Shown here piece by piece: positions 63,269 through 64,000 of a stretch of DNA of 64,000 nt. Location: the NCBI GenBank assembly GCA_018652685.1, contig JABIBQ010000080.1:8357-72356 (forward strand), given 5' to 3'. A program made the position numbers and the translations under genes. The stretch comes from Candidatus Bathyarchaeota archaeon (lineage in GTDB: Archaea; Thermoproteota; Bathyarchaeia; TCS64). The notes under the pieces are model-generated. The model was not told the origin of the DNA and ran no database searches. It saw nothing but the letters and a program-made list of their open reading frames with translations. The number at the start of each line of letters is the position of its first letter. The stretch's first letter is position 1.

Positions 63269-64000
63269 TTAGCTGCTTATCCTCTTGATGAACGCTTTAA
63301 CCAGCGCCACGGTGTTCTTGATGTCCTCCTCGGTTGTAATGCCGCATGGGCCGTGGATATACCTGCCGGGATTGGCGATGACTCCGCTGGGGATGCCCGC
63401 CTTTGTCAGATGGATGCTACCCGCGTCTGTCCCGCCGCTGGGTATCTTCTTGTACTGGTAGGGTATGCCCTCGGCGGCCGCCGCCTCTTGGATACAGCCC
63501 AGAACTTTAGGGTGGGTGATGACGCTCCTATCGGCGATTGTTACTACCGGCCCCTTGTGCAGTCCCGCACTCTGCTTGTGAGGCGCTACTCCTGGCATGT
63601 CCATGGCGAACGTGTTCTCCAAGGCTAACCCGTAGTCGGGGTCAACCTGCCACGCGGCGGTCTTGCTGCCTCTGAGTCCCACTTCTTCCTGGACGGTTCC
63701 CACGGCGACGACGTTGTAGGGCTTGTCCTTAACCCACTTGAACACCTCACACATCACATAACAGCCGACCCTGTCGTCGAACGCCTTGCCCCAGAGGAAT
63801 CCGTCGCCCAGGTCCTTGAACTGGACATCAAAGACGCCCTTCATGCCAATGTATGCTCCCTTAGCCTCGGCCATCTCGCGGGTTGACGCGCCTATGTCCA
63901 GGAACAGCTGGTCAGAGGGTATCGCAGCCTTCCTTTCAGCGGCGCTGAGGACGTGCGGAGGTTTTGTGCCGAGGATACCGTATAGGTTCCCCTTCTTGCC
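63269..64000 (-). CDS. M42-family (TET/FrvX-type) aminopeptidase, 5-prime end outside the window
   Basis: The frame is open from 63269 to the window edge. Motifs AFDDRVGC, GTVQEEVGLRGS and GGTDAG. Confidence 0.8.
   Translation of the reverse strand, partial: GKKGNLYGILGTKPPHVLSAAERKAAIPSDQLFLDIGASTREMAEAKGAYIGMKGVFDVQFKDLGDGFLWGKAFDDRVGCYVMCEVFKWVKDKPYNVVAVGTVQEEVGLRGSKTAAWQVDPDYGLALENTFAMDMPGVAPHKQSAGLHKGPVVTIADRSVITHPKVLGCIQEAAAAEGIPYQYKKIPSGGTDAGSIHLTKAGIPSGVIANPGRYIHGPCGITTEEDIKNTVALVKAFIKRISS

Noticed and set aside
1-64000. CRISPR arrays, tRNA/rRNA genes, integrases, transposases, IS termini, toxin-antitoxin pairs and known defence genes.
   Set aside because: The intergenic regions are short, mostly under 250 nt. 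I found no regularly spaced repeats, no tRNA-like T-arm or acceptor patterns, and no ORF with recombinase, transposase or nuclease-defence motifs. Small RNAs such as C/D-box sRNAs cannot be excluded without a covariance-model scan.

Overview
The 64-kb window is densely coding (about 60 genes, no rRNA, tRNA, CRISPR or mobile element found). All calls rest on motif recognition by eye; no homology search was run.

**Origin.** The window is archaeal. It carries a TFB gene, class III signal-peptide pilins with FlaI/FlaJ-type assembly genes, and a eukaryote-type topoisomerase IB. The topoisomerase suggests a TACK-lineage archaeon (Thaumarchaeota/Nitrososphaerota-related or Bathyarchaeia-like); this is inference only.

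**Layout:**
- **4-7145:** a bacillithiol-type low-molecular-weight thiol island. It holds bshA, bshB and bshC, two DinB genes, a CxxC thioredoxin-fold gene, an Amidohydro_2 gene and a MerR/GyrI regulator.
- **7392-14738:** a visibly lower-GC type IV pilus-like operon with a pilin, an ATPase, a membrane platform, two pilin-like genes and a 687-aa anchored surface protein.
- **14760-19831:** tandem M20 amidohydrolase paralogs, then proB-proA.
- **19828-21716:** two gene fragments (SucC-like and NifX-like) flanking a Nudix/Mrp pair.
- **21717-38954:** HpcH-type aldolase, tungsten-type AOR with a divergent MoaD-like gene, topoisomerase IB, a GAF protein, hydrolases, pyroglutamyl peptidase and two class V PLP enzymes.
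- **39141-62058:** a transporter-rich stretch with 8 MFS genes among peptidases and hydrolases. It includes a SAMP/E1-rhodanese pair and a translationally coupled amidohydrolase and reductive-dehalogenase-like pair.
- **62096-64000:** TFB and a partial M42 peptidase.

**Candidates for novelty, in order:**
1. The archaeal bacillithiol-like island with its extra components, including a Cys4 insertion in BshC.
2. The cytoplasmic RdhA-like/TRZ-ATZ-like amidohydrolase/MFS operon.
3. Five of 13 convergent gene pairs share their stop codons in a 4-nt CTAG overlap.
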